A DNA stretch of 20,000 nucleotides from a bacterium (GCA_028719205.1 JAQUKH010000001.1:60603-80602), one strand, 5' to 3'; shown: positions 10,401-18,342, counted from the first letter of the stretch. Numbers and translations: made by a program. The notes: generated by a model from the sequence alone, not told the origin.

Positions 10401-11588
10401 TTTATTATCGTTTATTTTACAGAGGGCTTTTATTGCTTCAGCACGGATATTCTCTCTCTGATAATAACCTGTACGTTTTTTTTCATTTTCAACTATATAT
10501 ATAAGATGATCTACAGCTCGATTGTCAACGATTTCACCTAAAGTCTTTACTACACCATATTTGACAGCTATCTCTCCATCATAAATCATTTTTAATAATT
10601 GAGGAACTGCTTCTTTTCCAATTTTCACACATCCATTCCAGTCTCTTTTAGCTATCAAAAAAGATATTTTATCATTAATATCCGCAAATTCATGTTTATC
10701 TAATATTTCTGCTGTTATTTCTCTTATACGATAATCTTTATCCTTTAACTTTCTTATAAATGGTTCAACTGTTAAATTACTTATTAAAACTAATGGTTCT
10801 ATTGTTTTATCTCTGTATCTTTCATCGTTTAATTTATTTAAAAGTGGATTAATCGCAGGTTCGCCTATTTTAACGATGGCATTTTTAGCTTCTGTACTCA
10901 CATCGCTGTTTTTATCTATCAGTAATGAAATTAATGGCTCTACCGCCTTACTATCTCCGATATTCCCTAAAGCTATGGCGGCATCTGCGCGGACATCTGC
11001 AGATTCATCTTTAAGGACATTTATAAGAAAATCTACCGCCCATTTATCCTTTATTTCTCCTAACGCGTAAGCCGCTTCGCATCGGACATCACTATTTTCA
11101 TCCTGAAGCGCGGTTATAAGGGCTTCCACCGCCTTAGGGCTTTTTATTTTACCCAAGGCTTCCGCCGCCCTCCACTTTATTTCACTATTATTGATTTTAA
11201 TTTCATAAAGAAGCGAGTCTACCGCGTCAACATATCCGATTTCGCCTAAAGCCTTTATTGCTAATTTATGATTATTGAGGTTACTGTCTTTTAAAGCGTT
11301 GATCAATGGTGGGATTGCTTTATTATTCTTAATTTTTCCTAACGCTTCGATTGCTTTTAAACGAACAAAAGAATGCTTATCATTTAACACTTCAATTAAG
11401 AATTCGACCGCTGAGGCATCTTTACTTTCACCTAACGCTTCAACGGCTTTTGAACGGATAGACCAATTTGCGTCTTTTAATTGTTCAATTAATATTTTAG
11501 TGTCAATTTGGGATCGCGCGGTTATCGGATGGGAAAAGATTACAATTGAAATAATAATGAAAAGTATTTTTTGTTTTCCTTTTATCAT
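7404..11588 (-). CDS. Signal-peptide HEAT-repeat + TPR + CHAT protease (paralog B)
   Basis: N-terminal hydrophobic signal, PBS-lyase-type HEAT repeats, kinesin-light-chain-type TPRs (Y.EAE.LY.RSL.I), and CHAT motifs ISPEGNLNFIPFE, HIASHGFF (His 7950-7952), VLSACDTG (Cys 7671-7673), MSLWKV.D, PFYWGGF. ATG at 11588 with AGGA RBS is preferred over TTG at 11594. Confidence 0.92.
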   Translation of the reverse strand: MIKGKQKILFIIISIVIFSHPITARSQIDTKILIEQLKDANWSIRSKAVEALGESKDASAVEFLIEVLNDKHSFVRLKAIEALGKIKNNKAIPPLINALKDSNLNNHKLAIKALGEIGYVDAVDSLLYEIKINNSEIKWRAAEALGKIKSPKAVEALITALQDENSDVRCEAAYALGEIKDKWAVDFLINVLKDESADVRADAAIALGNIGDSKAVEPLISLLIDKNSDVSTEAKNAIVKIGEPAINPLLNKLNDERYRDKTIEPLVLISNLTVEPFIRKLKDKDYRIREITAEILDKHEFADINDKISFLIAKRDWNGCVKIGKEAVPQLLKMIYDGEIAVKYGVVKTLGEIVDNRAVDHLIYIVENEKKRTGYYQRENIRAEAIKALCKINDNKSRDYLITRFSDEDDEILTAVRAYFGGINNLPIDLLITKLNNEDSSVRNAVALSLLQIGIPAVEKLIIALDNSDLDIRAYSACILGYIQDKRAVQPLRNKIKDKEIQSVVVKALRSLGKYEPSNDEEKDAYDNGPDGKKYYDIWGIVGKAEDFYASGQYEKAIEYGKWALEMKEKFPRDGYIDPYTTHHDYYNDLVKILDDLAGYYEKMSRYSEAEQLYVRSLKIRDKRSGKDHIAIAESLDNLAGFYMKTGRYAEAEPLYVRCLEIRESDKILGKYDPTYCEFHLLRSLKNLALLYETTKRYSEAEQLYLQSLEIYKDDPVLNNLSPRSEVLARLDNLSLLSNRTGRNTESELLNKQTLKEDPVSIKGYNNLALFYVSTEKHKLAHTNFMLGINIRMKNIDNIFSLFSERQKIAYISATNSEMNYFFSHIAQYQSKDINSVRDGLDEWLQWKGIVTESQSRYEELISDTNDPMIINDYKRLIEIKGEITRLTFSSSAKMDNKKGKEKLSILDEEKEKIESKLSTMSKTYALEKRIGQIDSKSIAKLLPKGSYLIEFVCPEFYNFKDRKFEDAHYLAFILSSDERRPVGFVDLGKADNINKIIEEYRIKAKGIVDEEERTRKTNVSESRELRDIRIESVLKESKKGRDEIAKKLYNKIFASLKDYLGEGKNIFISPEGNLNFIPFEVLISSDGKYLLDQYQFNYITAGRDIMRFTAKNEPSNNEMIIMADPDFDLGTDKKEMLLAKLDAGGKENLQFSREMRGINFGRLTGTRVEGEVIRNILKEKYGKEPKLFLGDQALEGVLMNNKNPKILHIASHGFFLTDEMMDMMTKNDPENTRGLSGEEMRNILIIEDKVNKESQSIGNPMLRSGIALSGANTSLNSGRDKGIVVAEKISGLNLRGTELVVLSACDTGVGEVKKGEGVFGLKRAFILAGAKTLVMSLWKVPDEETKDLMIEFYKRMADGKGKAEALREAKLKIKEKNPNPFYWGGFVSIGDPN

Positions 11589-11641
11589 AATCAATTCCTA
11601 ATTTTATCCAGCATATTTAATTACTGCCTGATTTATTTGGT

Positions 11642-14600
11642 CTAATCCGGATTTCCTATGGAAACAAAACCTCCCCAGTAAAAAGGATTGGGATTTTTTT
11701 CTTTTATCTTAAGTTTTGCTTCTCTTAATGCCACAGCTTTACTTTTGCCATCCGACATGCGTTTATAAAATTCTATCATCAGGTCTTTTGTTTCCTCATC
11801 AGGCACTTTCCACAAACTCATTACCAACGTCTTTGCTCCTGCAAGGATGAAGGCACGCTTAAGACCGAACACTCCCTCTCCTTTTTTAACTTCTCCGACA
11901 CCTGTATCGCAGGCTGACAATACAACAAGCTCTGTTCCTCTTAATCTAAGCCCGCTTATTTTTTCCGCTACGACAATTCCTTTATCCCTGCCCAAGTTAA
12001 GGGATGTATTTGCTCCAGCTAACGCAATCCCTGAACGCAGCATTGGGTTTCCTATGCTTGGACGTTCTTTATTAACCTTATCCTCTATTATTGATATATT
12101 TCTTATTTCTTCATCTGACAAACCTCTTGTACTATCCTGAGAACTACTTGTAAGCATATCCATCATCTCATCTGTAAGAAAAAATCCATGTGAGGCGATA
12201 TGAAGTATTTTTGGATTTTTATTATTCATCAAAACACCTTCTAAAGCCTGATCACCCAGAAATAATTTAGGTTCTTTTTCATATTTTTCTTTGAGAATTT
12301 TGCTTATGGCTTCTCCTTCCTCCCTTGTTCCAGATAGCCTTCCAAAATTTACCCCTCTCATCTCTCTGGAAAACTGTAAATTTTCTTTCTCCCCTACATC
12401 TAATTTGGCTAAAACTATTTCTTTTTTATCTGTTCCAAGGTCAAAATCAGGATCAGCCATTACTACAATTTCATTATTAGTAGAATCATTTTCTGCGTTA
12501 AAACGCATTATATCTCTTCCCGCAGTTATATAGTTGAATTGGTATTCATCTATAAGGTATTTCCCATCTGATGAAATGAGAACTTCAAAAGGAATAAAAT
12601 TTAGATTGCCCTCAGGGCTGATAAAGATATTCTTCCCTTCTCCGAGAAAATCTTTAAGAGGAGCAAATATATTATTATAGAGTTTCTTTGAAATTTCATC
12701 ACGGCTGTTTTTAGATATTTTTAGAGCACCTTCTATTTTTATATCCCTGTTCACTGAAACATCCTTATTACTGGCATTTTCTTCTTCATCCACAATCCAT
12801 TTAGCCTTTGTCCGATACTCCTCGATCAATTTATTAATATTATCAGCCTTCCCAATATCTATTAAACCTACAGGCTTCCCTTCATCCGAAGAAAGAATAA
12901 ATGCCAGATAATGTGGGTCTCCCATTTTTCTATCTGTGAAACTATAAAAATCAGGGCAGGCAAACTCTATCAGATATGATCCTTTGGGAAGCATTTTTGC
13001 AATACTTTTACTATCAATCTTTCCGATCCTTTTCTCTAAGGCATAGGTTTTACTCATTGTACTCAATCTTGACTCAATATTCTCTTTTTCTTTCTCCAAA
13101 ACAGAAAGCTTTTCTTTATACTCTTTATCATTTATTTTTCCTAAATCGGAAAATGTAAGTTTTACTATCTCATTTTTTACTTCAATCAATTTATTAAAAT
13201 CAATAATTACTTTTGGATCATTTGAATCAGAAAGAAGCTCCTCATACCTTGACTGCGACTCTGTCACTATTCCTTTCCACTGAAGCCAGATATCAAGCCC
13301 GTCTTTTACAAAATTAATATCTTCAGATTGAAACTGAGCAATATGGCTTAGAAAACAATTCATTTCTGAATTTACAGTGGAAATATAATCTATTTTCTGT
13401 CTCTCGGAATACTTGATAAATATATTGTCTATATTCTTTTTTCTTACATTTATTGCTGAAATAAAATTGGAATGAGCAAGTGTATGTTTTCCTGTTGATC
13501 CATAAAATAACGCTAAATTATTTATATATTTTGCAATATTTGGATTATTATTTCCTAAAGGTAATCCCATAATATTCAGATACTCCAAATAGAGCGGTTC
13601 TAATTTTTGATATCGGCCGGTTTTTTCATAAATAAATACCAGATTGTCAAGCATACTTATAGTTTTTTCACCTAAAGATGAAGAACTTGCCCAACCATTA
13701 ATGATTTTATCCAAATATATATTTATAGCCTTAATATAAAACGGTTCTGCTTCTTTATATTTACCAGTCATAAAGTAAATATCAGCCAAATTAATTAAGA
13801 TTTGAGATAAATCAAATGCAGCCGAACGCTTTTGAATGAACGAACTTCCAAAAGTTATTTTTTCACTATTAATATTATTGGCACCTAAATATTTCTCCAA
13901 AATATCTATAACCTTTTTTTCATGCGATATTGCTTCCTCATATTTCCCATCATTAAAAAGTATTTTAGCTTGCTGATACATTTTTTTAGCTTCCTCAATT
14001 CCTGTTGTATCTGGAAGATAACACTCTGCTTTTTCTTCATCATTTGACGGTATCCATTTCAACTTAGCTAGAGCATCAACAACTAACTTACGATTATCAA
14101 TGTTTTTATCCTTTAATATTTCAATTAACGGTTGAACAGCACTAGTATCTCCTATATCCCCCAAAGCTGAAACTGCACAAGACTTTACCTGACTCTTTTC
14201 ATCTTTTATTTTTTTAATAAGCGGCTGAACAGCCCTTCTATCTTTTATCTGACCCAAAATGTTGGCTGCGCTTTCACGAATACACCAATCACTATCATCT
14301 AAAACAATAATCAATTTTTCTACAGACTGGACACCATATTTTATTAAAGAATTACTCGCTTCTTTGCGGATATTTATATTCTCATCTTTGAGTTTAGTAA
14401 TGAGTATATCAATCGGGGGATTAGTTGTTTCTTCTGATAATAATTTTATAGCAATTAGTCTGATATCAGAATCATCATGGTTAATTTGACTAATAAGAAA
14501 ATCCTTAGTTTTATTATCATTTATATCATAAAGGGCATTTGCTGCTTTTTTTCGAAATACATAATCACCTTGTTTAACTAAATCTATAAGATAATTTATA

Positions 14601-17524
14601 GACCAGCTATTACCAATTTTTCCCAAAGCTTCTACTGCTCTAATTTTCATCTTAAAATTCTTATTATTAATTATATTTACTGCTGATTCGCCAAGACTTG
14701 CGTATTTATCCCACTCTTTTTTTGCCACATAGTATGAAACTTTATCTTCAATACTTTCTGGAACCCAACCCAGTTTAGCTAAAGCATTTGCAGCATCAGA
14801 AGATATAGAAACAAATTCATGATCAAGCGCGAGAATAAGGGGTTCTAATTTTAGTTCATTAATAGGCGGTTTTACTGCTGAGTTGGCGCCAACATTACCA
14901 ATAGCTTGTATTAATACATTATTATCAAATCTGTTCCCACTATTTTTAAATATTGCAAGCAGCGGTTCAAGTACGCTAATATCTCCTATTTCACCCAACG
15001 AATTTAATGCCGCCAAATTAACATAATAAGTTTCATGACTATATAATAAATCTAACAACGGTTTAACTGCCGGTTTACCTGCTTTGACAAATATTTTAGT
15101 TGCATTATAATGTTCTATCTTGTTCTCTCGGAGAGCCTTTATAGTAGGAACGATAGCTTCTTCTCCCATTTTTACCAACGCATCAATTGCTTCCATATAT
15201 TTTGATTTTTCATATACAGATAAAAAAGGTTGTATTGCTCTTATGTCACCTATTTCACTCAAAGCCTTTATCGCTGCAATACTAATATCCCTGTTTTCAT
15301 CATTAAGCATTTTTATAAGCTGTGGGACTGCTTCTTTACCAATTTTTACACATTCATTCCAACTTCTTTTCGCGATCAATATAGTTATTTTTTCATTAAT
15401 ATCCTTAGGTTCATATTTTAATTTAATTAATATATCTGCCGCTATTTCCCTTAAACGATAATCTTTATCATTTAGTTTTTTTATTAGCGGTTCTGCTTTC
15501 GAATTACCTATGTTAACTAATAATTCTATTGCCTTATTACTGAATCTATCATCGTTTAATTTTTTTACCAGCAGCTCAATCGCAGGCTCACCTATTTTGA
15601 CAATGGCATTTTTGGCTTCTGCAATAACTTCGTTATTTTTATCTGTCAATAACGATATTAACGGTTCAACAGCTTTACCATCTCCAATATTTCCTAAAGC
15701 GATAGCGGCCTCTATACGAACATTTTCATATTCATCCTTGAGAACATTAATAAGAAAATCTATAGTCTGTTTATCCTTTATTTCTCCTAGCATATAAGCC
15801 GCCTCGCTTCGTACATCGCTATTTTCATCCTGAAGCGCGGTTATAAGAGCTTCCACGTCCTTAGAACTTTTTATTTTATCCAAAGCTTCCTTCTTTCTGG
15901 ATTTTTTGCTTTTGTTTATAAGAAAATCTATATCCAGGCCATCACTATTTTCGTGTAAAATCTTTATTACACTAACTCGAATTTCTGGTTTCTTTTTTTT
16001 AAGCGAATCAATCAATTCTTCTACTGCCGGCTGTCCTATTTTTAATAAAACAATAGTTATCTGTCTATAATTCTTTTCATTTATTTTATTTATTAATAAA
16101 TTTACAGCTGTTTCCCCAAGATTTACACATTTATCCCATTCTTCTTTTACTACATAATATGAAGCTTTTTCATCAATACTTTCAGGTACCCACCCAATTT
16201 TACCTAATGCCAGTGCTGCTGTTTTTTTAACATTATCATTTTCATCATCTAATAATAATATTAGTGATTCAGCAGCAGGTTCACCTATTTTGATAAATAT
16301 TCTGGACGCATCTTCATCAGATAATATGCCTTTTCTGAAAGCAATTATACTTGGTTGTAAAGCTTCCATTCCTATTTTCCCTAACGCGTCTGCTACTTCT
16401 TTATGTGTTGAATTATCATATATAGAAAGAAGCGGTTTTATAGCCCTGCTGTCGCCTATTTCACCTAAAGCTTCAATTACAACACCGGCATTTTTATAAT
16501 TAAGCATATTAATTAATAGAAGTACTCCTTCATCACTCATTTTTGCGCAACCATTCCAATCTCTTTTTGATAGCATAAACAATAACTTTTCATTAATATT
16601 ATCCGGTTCATATTTTAATTTAATTAATATATCTACAGCTTTTTTCACTATACTATAATCTTTTTCATTTAACTTTATCCGTAAAGACTCTATGGTTGAG
16701 TTACCTATTAAAATTAATGATTCAATTACTTTATCAGAGAATTTATCATCATTTAATTTATCTATTAGCAGATTAATTGCAGGTTCACCTATTTTAACTA
16801 GGGCTGTTTTAGCTTCCAAACTTACATCGCTGTTTTGATCTATCAGTAATGGAATTAACGGCGCTACTGCTTTACTGTCTCCAACATTCCCCAAAGCAGT
16901 AGCAGCATCACGGCGAACATTTTCAGATTCATCTTTAAGAGCATTTATAAGTAAATCCTCTGCCGATTTAACCTTCATTTCTCCTAAAGCGTATGCCGCT
17001 TCGCTTCGAACATCGCTATTTTCATCCTGAAGCGCGCTTATAAGGGCTTCCATGGCCTTAGAGCTTTTTATTTTCCCCAGGGCTTCCACAGCTCTCCATT
17101 TTATTTCACTATCATTGCTTTTAAATTCAGAAAGAAGAATATCTACTGCTTCAATATCTCCGATTTCACCTAAAGCCTCTATTGCCGCCTTATGATTATT
17201 AAGATTACTGTCTTTTAAAGCGTTGACCAATGGTTGGACTGCTTTCTTATCCGTAATTTTCCCTAACGCTTCAATTGATTTTAACCGCACAAATGGATGC
17301 TTATCATTTAACGCTTCAATTAAAATATCTACGACTGAAGCGTCTTTACTTTCTCCTAATGCTTCAACGGCTTTCGAACGGATAGACCAATTTGCGTCTT
17401 TTAATTGTTCAATTAATACTTTTGTACCGACTTGTGATTGAGCCATAATCAGATTGCAAAAGATTACAAATAAATATAGAGTTAAAAACAATAGTATTCT
17501 TTTCTTTTCGATTATTATTATCAT
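11642..17524 (-). CDS. Signal-peptide HEAT-repeat + TPR + CHAT protease (paralog A, with internal HEAT duplication)
   Basis: Same architecture as 7404-11588. CHAT His at 12188-12190 and Cys at 11909-11911. The N-terminal and CHAT regions are visibly highly similar to paralog B at both protein and DNA level. Confidence 0.92.
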   Translation of the reverse strand: MIIIIEKKRILLFLTLYLFVIFCNLIMAQSQVGTKVLIEQLKDANWSIRSKAVEALGESKDASVVDILIEALNDKHPFVRLKSIEALGKITDKKAVQPLVNALKDSNLNNHKAAIEALGEIGDIEAVDILLSEFKSNDSEIKWRAVEALGKIKSSKAMEALISALQDENSDVRSEAAYALGEMKVKSAEDLLINALKDESENVRRDAATALGNVGDSKAVAPLIPLLIDQNSDVSLEAKTALVKIGEPAINLLIDKLNDDKFSDKVIESLILIGNSTIESLRIKLNEKDYSIVKKAVDILIKLKYEPDNINEKLLFMLSKRDWNGCAKMSDEGVLLLINMLNYKNAGVVIEALGEIGDSRAIKPLLSIYDNSTHKEVADALGKIGMEALQPSIIAFRKGILSDEDASRIFIKIGEPAAESLILLLDDENDNVKKTAALALGKIGWVPESIDEKASYYVVKEEWDKCVNLGETAVNLLINKINEKNYRQITIVLLKIGQPAVEELIDSLKKKKPEIRVSVIKILHENSDGLDIDFLINKSKKSRKKEALDKIKSSKDVEALITALQDENSDVRSEAAYMLGEIKDKQTIDFLINVLKDEYENVRIEAAIALGNIGDGKAVEPLISLLTDKNNEVIAEAKNAIVKIGEPAIELLVKKLNDDRFSNKAIELLVNIGNSKAEPLIKKLNDKDYRLREIAADILIKLKYEPKDINEKITILIAKRSWNECVKIGKEAVPQLIKMLNDENRDISIAAIKALSEIGDIRAIQPFLSVYEKSKYMEAIDALVKMGEEAIVPTIKALRENKIEHYNATKIFVKAGKPAVKPLLDLLYSHETYYVNLAALNSLGEIGDISVLEPLLAIFKNSGNRFDNNVLIQAIGNVGANSAVKPPINELKLEPLILALDHEFVSISSDAANALAKLGWVPESIEDKVSYYVAKKEWDKYASLGESAVNIINNKNFKMKIRAVEALGKIGNSWSINYLIDLVKQGDYVFRKKAANALYDINDNKTKDFLISQINHDDSDIRLIAIKLLSEETTNPPIDILITKLKDENINIRKEASNSLIKYGVQSVEKLIIVLDDSDWCIRESAANILGQIKDRRAVQPLIKKIKDEKSQVKSCAVSALGDIGDTSAVQPLIEILKDKNIDNRKLVVDALAKLKWIPSNDEEKAECYLPDTTGIEEAKKMYQQAKILFNDGKYEEAISHEKKVIDILEKYLGANNINSEKITFGSSFIQKRSAAFDLSQILINLADIYFMTGKYKEAEPFYIKAINIYLDKIINGWASSSSLGEKTISMLDNLVFIYEKTGRYQKLEPLYLEYLNIMGLPLGNNNPNIAKYINNLALFYGSTGKHTLAHSNFISAINVRKKNIDNIFIKYSERQKIDYISTVNSEMNCFLSHIAQFQSEDINFVKDGLDIWLQWKGIVTESQSRYEELLSDSNDPKVIIDFNKLIEVKNEIVKLTFSDLGKINDKEYKEKLSVLEKEKENIESRLSTMSKTYALEKRIGKIDSKSIAKMLPKGSYLIEFACPDFYSFTDRKMGDPHYLAFILSSDEGKPVGLIDIGKADNINKLIEEYRTKAKWIVDEEENASNKDVSVNRDIKIEGALKISKNSRDEISKKLYNNIFAPLKDFLGEGKNIFISPEGNLNFIPFEVLISSDGKYLIDEYQFNYITAGRDIMRFNAENDSTNNEIVVMADPDFDLGTDKKEIVLAKLDVGEKENLQFSREMRGVNFGRLSGTREEGEAISKILKEKYEKEPKLFLGDQALEGVLMNNKNPKILHIASHGFFLTDEMMDMLTSSSQDSTRGLSDEEIRNISIIEDKVNKERPSIGNPMLRSGIALAGANTSLNLGRDKGIVVAEKISGLRLRGTELVVLSACDTGVGEVKKGEGVFGLKRAFILAGAKTLVMSLWKVPDEETKDLMIEFYKRMSDGKSKAVALREAKLKIKEKNPNPFYWGGFVSIGNPD
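14660..17090 (-). repeat. Intragenic tandem duplication of a HEAT-repeat block (about 17090-16090 and 15890-14660)
   Basis: Both copies run from KIKSSK..EALI.ALQDENSDVRSEAAY to GWVPESI..K.SYYV.K.EWDK...LGE.AVN. Shared DNA ctattttcatcctgaagcgcg occurs at about 17016, 15818 and 11091. Confidence 0.85.
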
Positions 17525-17637
17525 CTGTTTTCTCTTTTATTTCTGTTTAGATCTGTTCTGAATTTTATAACCAATGTTCTTAGTTTTTTGTTATGTACTC
17601 TATATTTTATGCAAAACCTATTATACACGATGTATGA

Positions 17638-17697
17638 TTTCAAAAAACGGTTAATTTTTGAAATACAGAAATTTCTGTATTAATAGATTTTTCTATT
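17638..17697. promoter_or_regulatory. Cluster of operator-like palindromes upstream of CHAT paralog A
   Basis: TTTCAAAAA-N8-TTTTTGAAA (17638-17663), perfect 20-bp palindrome AATACAGAAATTTCTGTATT (17662-17681), and AATAGA-TTTT-TCTATT (17682-17697). A minus-strand TATAAT lies at 17620-17625. Confidence 0.45.
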
Positions 17698-17713
17698 TCT
17701 TTTACATTTACAA

Positions 17714-17917
17714 CTAATATTCTACATAATCTAATGGCAATTCAGACCATATAATAAAGAACAAAACAATTCCTATCGAAAGACTGATAATTCCTCCGAT
17801 TAATATATTTCTATACTCTATGGTTTTCATTCCTAAACAGCTAAGTGTTATCCATAAACCTATTATAATATTCATAATATTCAAGATCACTAATATTCCA
17901 TTCTTTTCCTTTTTCAT
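17714..17917 (-). CDS. Small 2-TM membrane protein (weakly SPW-repeat-like)
   Basis: AAGGAG RBS about 8 nt before the ATG. Two hydrophobic helices. The N...GLW...S / N...G pattern resembles SPW repeats but lacks PW. Confidence 0.65.
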   Translation of the reverse strand: MKKEKNGILVILNIMNIIIGLWITLSCLGMKTIEYRNILIGGIISLSIGIVLFFIIWSELPLDYVEY

Positions 17918-17953
17918 TCTTTTTTCTCCTTTTTTTAGTCTGGTTTTTAAAAT

Positions 17954-18073
17954 AAGCGTTCAGTACACAGCTCTCAGCATTCGGCCAGAATCAGGGGGAG
18001 GGAAACCCTTGATCCTTTTGGATTTTATAATCTTTAATTATTAAGATAGCTAATTGCTGGTGACTGAACGCTT
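17954..18073 (-). ncRNA. Candidate structured leader or small RNA closed by an 11-bp perfect inverted repeat
   Basis: AAGCGTTCAGT (17954-17964) pairs with ACTGAACGCTT (18063-18073), extendable with bulges, and encloses internal hairpins. It begins about 6 nt after the predicted sigma-54 start site. No family recognised. Confidence 0.4.
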
Positions 18074-18089
18074 CTGCATATAATTAATA

Positions 18090-18105
18090 TGCAAGACTCA
18101 TGCCA
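18090..18105 (-). promoter_or_regulatory. Sigma-54 (-24/-12) promoter
   Basis: Minus strand TGGCATGAGTCTTGCA matches TGGCAC-N5-TTGCW with exact GG-N10-GC spacing. It is intergenic and points toward the small ORF and the CHAT genes. Confidence 0.75.
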
Positions 18106-18232
18106 TAGACTAAACAAAAAAAGTGTTTTTTGCGGAAATAGCGCTAACTAGCTATAAACATTGACTATATATTTTTTCAGTTTTTTATTAGGATTTTTCA
18201 GAGGGTTTTAACTATTTTAACTTTGCGGAATG

Positions 18233-18270
18233 ATGCATGGAAAACCATGCATATATTTGATTCCATGCAT
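18233..18270. promoter_or_regulatory. Candidate enhancer (UAS) for a sigma-54 activator
   Basis: Perfect inverted repeat ATGCATGG-AAAA-CCATGCAT (18233-18252) plus a further CCATGCAT (18263-18270). It sits about 130-165 bp upstream of the -24 box, across an AT-rich spacer. Confidence 0.55.
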
Positions 18271-18342
18271 TAATTGTAGACGAGTAATCACTCTCAGCAA
18301 TCGGCAACGAAACGTACACATCTTTTGACAATCCATCCCACT

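Noticed and set aside
17610-17625. Second sigma-54 promoter (TATAATAGGTTTTGCA)
   Set aside because: It has the -12 TTGCA but lacks the invariant -24 GG. As a sigma-70 site, its TTGAAA is only 12 nt from TATAAT.
17954-18073. Integron attC site, retron msr-msd, or known riboswitch (TPP-like GCUGAGA)
   Set aside because: The GTT/AAC ends are in the wrong order for attC, there is no integrase or reverse transcriptase in the window, and the remaining TPP, c-di-GMP or SRP consensus elements are absent.
18297-18326. Sigma-28 promoter (GCCGAT on the minus strand)
   Set aside because: No TAAA -35 element at the right spacing, and the -10 match is poor.
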